A stretch of 44,772 nucleotides of DNA. It comes from Deltaproteobacteria bacterium. GTDB taxonomy: Bacteria; Myxococcota_A; UBA9160; SMWR01. The notes under the pieces are model-generated. The model was not told the origin of the DNA and did not search any database. It worked only from the letters and a program-made list of their open reading frames with translations. Numbering within the stretch: the stretch's first letter is position 1; each line of letters opens with the position of its first letter. The stretch lies in NCBI GenBank assembly GCA_032128375.1, contig JAQBGU010000132.1:1-44772 (forward strand), given 5' to 3'. Shown here piece by piece: positions 42,862 through 44,772 of the stretch. The translations under genes were made by a program, and so were the position numbers.

Positions 42862-42892
42862 TGGTCGGGGTGGCGGGATTTGAACCCACGAC
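42862..42892 (-). mobile_element. att site: 3' fragment of tRNA-Pro (T-arm + acceptor strand + CCA)
   Basis: Minus strand GTCGTGGGTTCAAATCCCGCCACCCCGACCA; no anticodon or D arm upstream; followed by an AT-rich IHF-like site and GTTGGAAAC direct repeats. Confidence 0.8.
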
Positions 42893-43276
42893 GTGGGTGA
42901 TCTAAATGCAATGTTTTCAGATAGTTAAATCGTGTAGTTGCTGCCGATTTGTTGGAAACGAGTTGGAAACACGGGGGTGCCGTCAATCGCACGGAACGCA
43001 CGTTGGAGTCACGCTGAATCTACCTGCTATCCCCTGCTAGTGACCGAGATGTTCGATGGATCCAGGATTCCACGTGCGCGTTTGATACGTGGGCGCATCA
43101 CCCTAGCGCGCCGAAGCGGTCGCTGCCCTGGCTCACCGGCCCGGAGACCCCTGAAATCCACGATCGGCAACTCACGATCTTACCCGCGGTGTGAGTATCC
43201 CCTTCGCGGGAGAGCTCGATCTGGCCGTCGGACCGAGTGCTGGTCATGATGGGCGACACGCGGCACACAATGGATC

Positions 43277-43302
43277 GCGTCCCAAACGGGACTCGAACCC
43301 GT
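43277..43302 (-). mobile_element. Second att-like scar: tRNA-Glu-like 3' fragment
   Basis: Minus strand ACGGG-TTCGAGT-CCCGT-TTGGGAC-G-C: perfect T-arm and a Glu-like acceptor strand, no 5' half. Confidence 0.55.
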
Positions 43303-43409
43303 TTCGTACACCGCCCGGTGACTGATGTTTCGCGGACTATAATAATGCGCGAAACGACGAAAAAGCGACCCCAAGATCCCCCCCGCTCGTATCCTAGGCC
43401 TCTCGCATT

Positions 43410-43990
43410 TTGCTGCCTTGAACCGCGAGCTGGTTCCGCGAGCTGGCTCCGCGAAGTGGAGCGCGAGCTTGGTCGGGTTGAGGCGCGGCAGGATGGCCTG
43501 CAGCGTGATGCCGCCCTGGCCCTCGTTGCTCCCATCCTGGGTGCCGATGCCGGGGATGCGCATGAAGTCGGCATCTAAGCAGTCTTCGCCGTCGCAGAGC
43601 GATCCTGCGTCGCAGATGGAAGAACGCGTCGAGGTCGGTGCCCAGATCGGAGAAGAGGTCCGCGCCGGCCATCGCGGCGCCGTTCGGCGCCGATCGTGTC
43701 GTTGTCGGAGAAGAACCAGCCGAGAGGGGGCGTGCGCACCGGATCCCACTCGTACTGGTAGTCGCCCTCGATGGCCACCTCCTCGGTCAGGTTCGCGCCC
43801 GCCCAGAACATGCCCTGTGGGATCTGGACGTCCTGCGCCGAACTCGCCGGCTGGAAGGCCGCGACGGGATCCAGCGGGTTCACGGTCTGGACGCCGAAGC
43901 GCAAGAAGGTGCTCTCGCCCCAGTTGATTCACCTGGTCGCCGACGCGCAGGTAGACCGGCATGCCACGGACCCGGAAGCGCGCACCGGTC
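43410..43990 (-). pseudogene. Frameshifted internal fragment of a DUF1302-family outer membrane protein
   Basis: Pieces in different frames: YLRVGDQV / ESTFLRFGVQTVNPLD...EGDYQYEWDP..TPPLGWFFSDND / GQGGITL...TKLALHFA. Confidence 0.6.
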
Positions 43991-44020
43991 CGTTGTCCGC
44001 GGCGCGGCGCCGGCGGCGGG

Positions 44021-44335
44021 TCAATCAGCCTCGAGGTGCAGGCGCAGGATGCGCCGCACCTCCTCTCCGCCAGCGCGAAGAGCAGCGAGCTTTCGAAGGG
44101 CCCCCCCAGACCCCGCGCGCAACGCATCGAGCGCGGCGTCGGGCGCATCTTCGTAGGTCTCCCACAGGCCCAGGCGCAGCAGCTGGGTCTTCGAGAAGGT
44201 GCTCAGCTCGCCTTCCGAGAGCACGTTCCCGGTGAGCGCGCGGTGGGCGGTCTGGTCGTCCACCCGCGTCACGCCGACCGGCGTTGCGCAGGCGAGCGCC
44301 AGCAGGGCTACGAGGGCAATCGGCGTGACACGCAT
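44021..44335 (-). pseudogene. N-terminal fragment of a lipoprotein (esterase/alpha-beta hydrolase-like family)
   Basis: LLALAC lipobox, PVGVTRV...RALTGNVLS.GELS; degenerates after about 75 codons. Confidence 0.45.
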
Positions 44336-44631
44336 CGGTGAGGACTCTAGCGTGTATGCTCTCGACCTTTCTAATCGGAGGCTTCGAAACAAACTTGACG
44401 CGCTGGCTCTTCGCTCCCCTGCTGGCACCCGTGGCGTTCGCCGCGCACGCGCAGCCGGGCGAGCCCGCGGCGCCGGCCGCGAGCGAGACGGAAGTGATTG
44501 CGATCCCGATCGGCGGGATCGCCGCCGAAGCCGAAGCCATCGAGCTCTGTGCGGAGCAGGCGGAGTCCGTGATGACGCGGGTGTATAAGGAATGGGCAAG
44601 CGCCCATCAGCGTCCGTAGCGGAGAGACCCG

Positions 44632-44772
44632 ATGCATCCTGCTCTACAAGCCGGCCTTCTACTCGCAATCTCGAACCTGTTCATGACCTATGCCTGGTAC
44701 GGTCATCTGCGCGATTTCGCGCACAAGCCGTGGTACGTCGTAGCCATCATTGCGTGGAGCGTTGCCTTCTTC
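44632..44772 (+). CDS. DMT-superfamily (DUF486-type) small membrane protein, runs off the window end
   Basis: MHPALQAGLLLAISNLFMTYAWYGHLRDFAHKPWYVVAIIAWSVAFF; SNxFMTxAWYGHL signature; GGAGAG RBS. Confidence 0.85.
   Translation, partial: MHPALQAGLLLAISNLFMTYAWYGHLRDFAHKPWYVVAIIAWSVAFF

Noticed and set aside
42862..42940. Complete tRNA-Pro gene
   Set aside because: Only the T-arm and 3' acceptor strand are present; the adjacent sequence cannot form anticodon or D arms
43100..43276. C-terminal remnant of a large serine recombinase before the second att-like site
   Set aside because: Position is suggestive, but no diagnostic motif could be identified without a search
44338..44619. Intact secreted protein gene
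   Set aside because: A signal-peptide-like stretch is present, but there is no convincing start or family; more likely a fragment within the decayed region

Overview
GC-rich bacterial chromosomal segment. PEP-CTERM proteins, a Cys-containing C-terminal anchor-like tail and the gene inventory suggest a diderm Myxococcota/deltaproteobacterial lineage (inference only). 1-22.7 kb: mostly metabolic and housekeeping genes (LLM monooxygenase, SDR, AhpD/CMD protein, GDPD, gdhA, CoA-transferase, divergent IlvC-like reductase with a TetR regulator, msrA, lactonase, HAD phosphatase, ALDH, crotonase, tkt, 2Fe-2S ferredoxin), plus a CxxCH/FG-GAP PEP-CTERM surface protein. 23-28.4 kb: a PEP-CTERM gene, an Rhs gene and a probable immunity gene, abutting a 5'-truncated DUF2182 gene. 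The Rhs protein appears to have both an N-terminal lipobox and a C-terminal Cys-TM-Arg anchor-like tail. 28.4-40.6 kb: an envelope/signalling block. A frameshifted class III cyclase-AAA-TPR gene is divergent from a LolA-like gene and an MMPL/RND transporter fused to cNMP-binding and TerB-like domains. Next come one BamE-like and three paralogous uncharacterised lipoproteins, then an ExeA-like ATPase. After a ClC channel gene, 42.6-44.8 kb is a decayed integration hotspot: a tyrosine-integrase remnant, a tRNA-Pro 3' fragment with att-like features, a second tRNA-Glu-like 3' fragment and shattered cargo genes. Several intergenic regions carry short degenerate tandem repeats. No CRISPR array, rRNA or complete tRNA was seen. 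All family assignments come from motif recognition by eye, not database searches.
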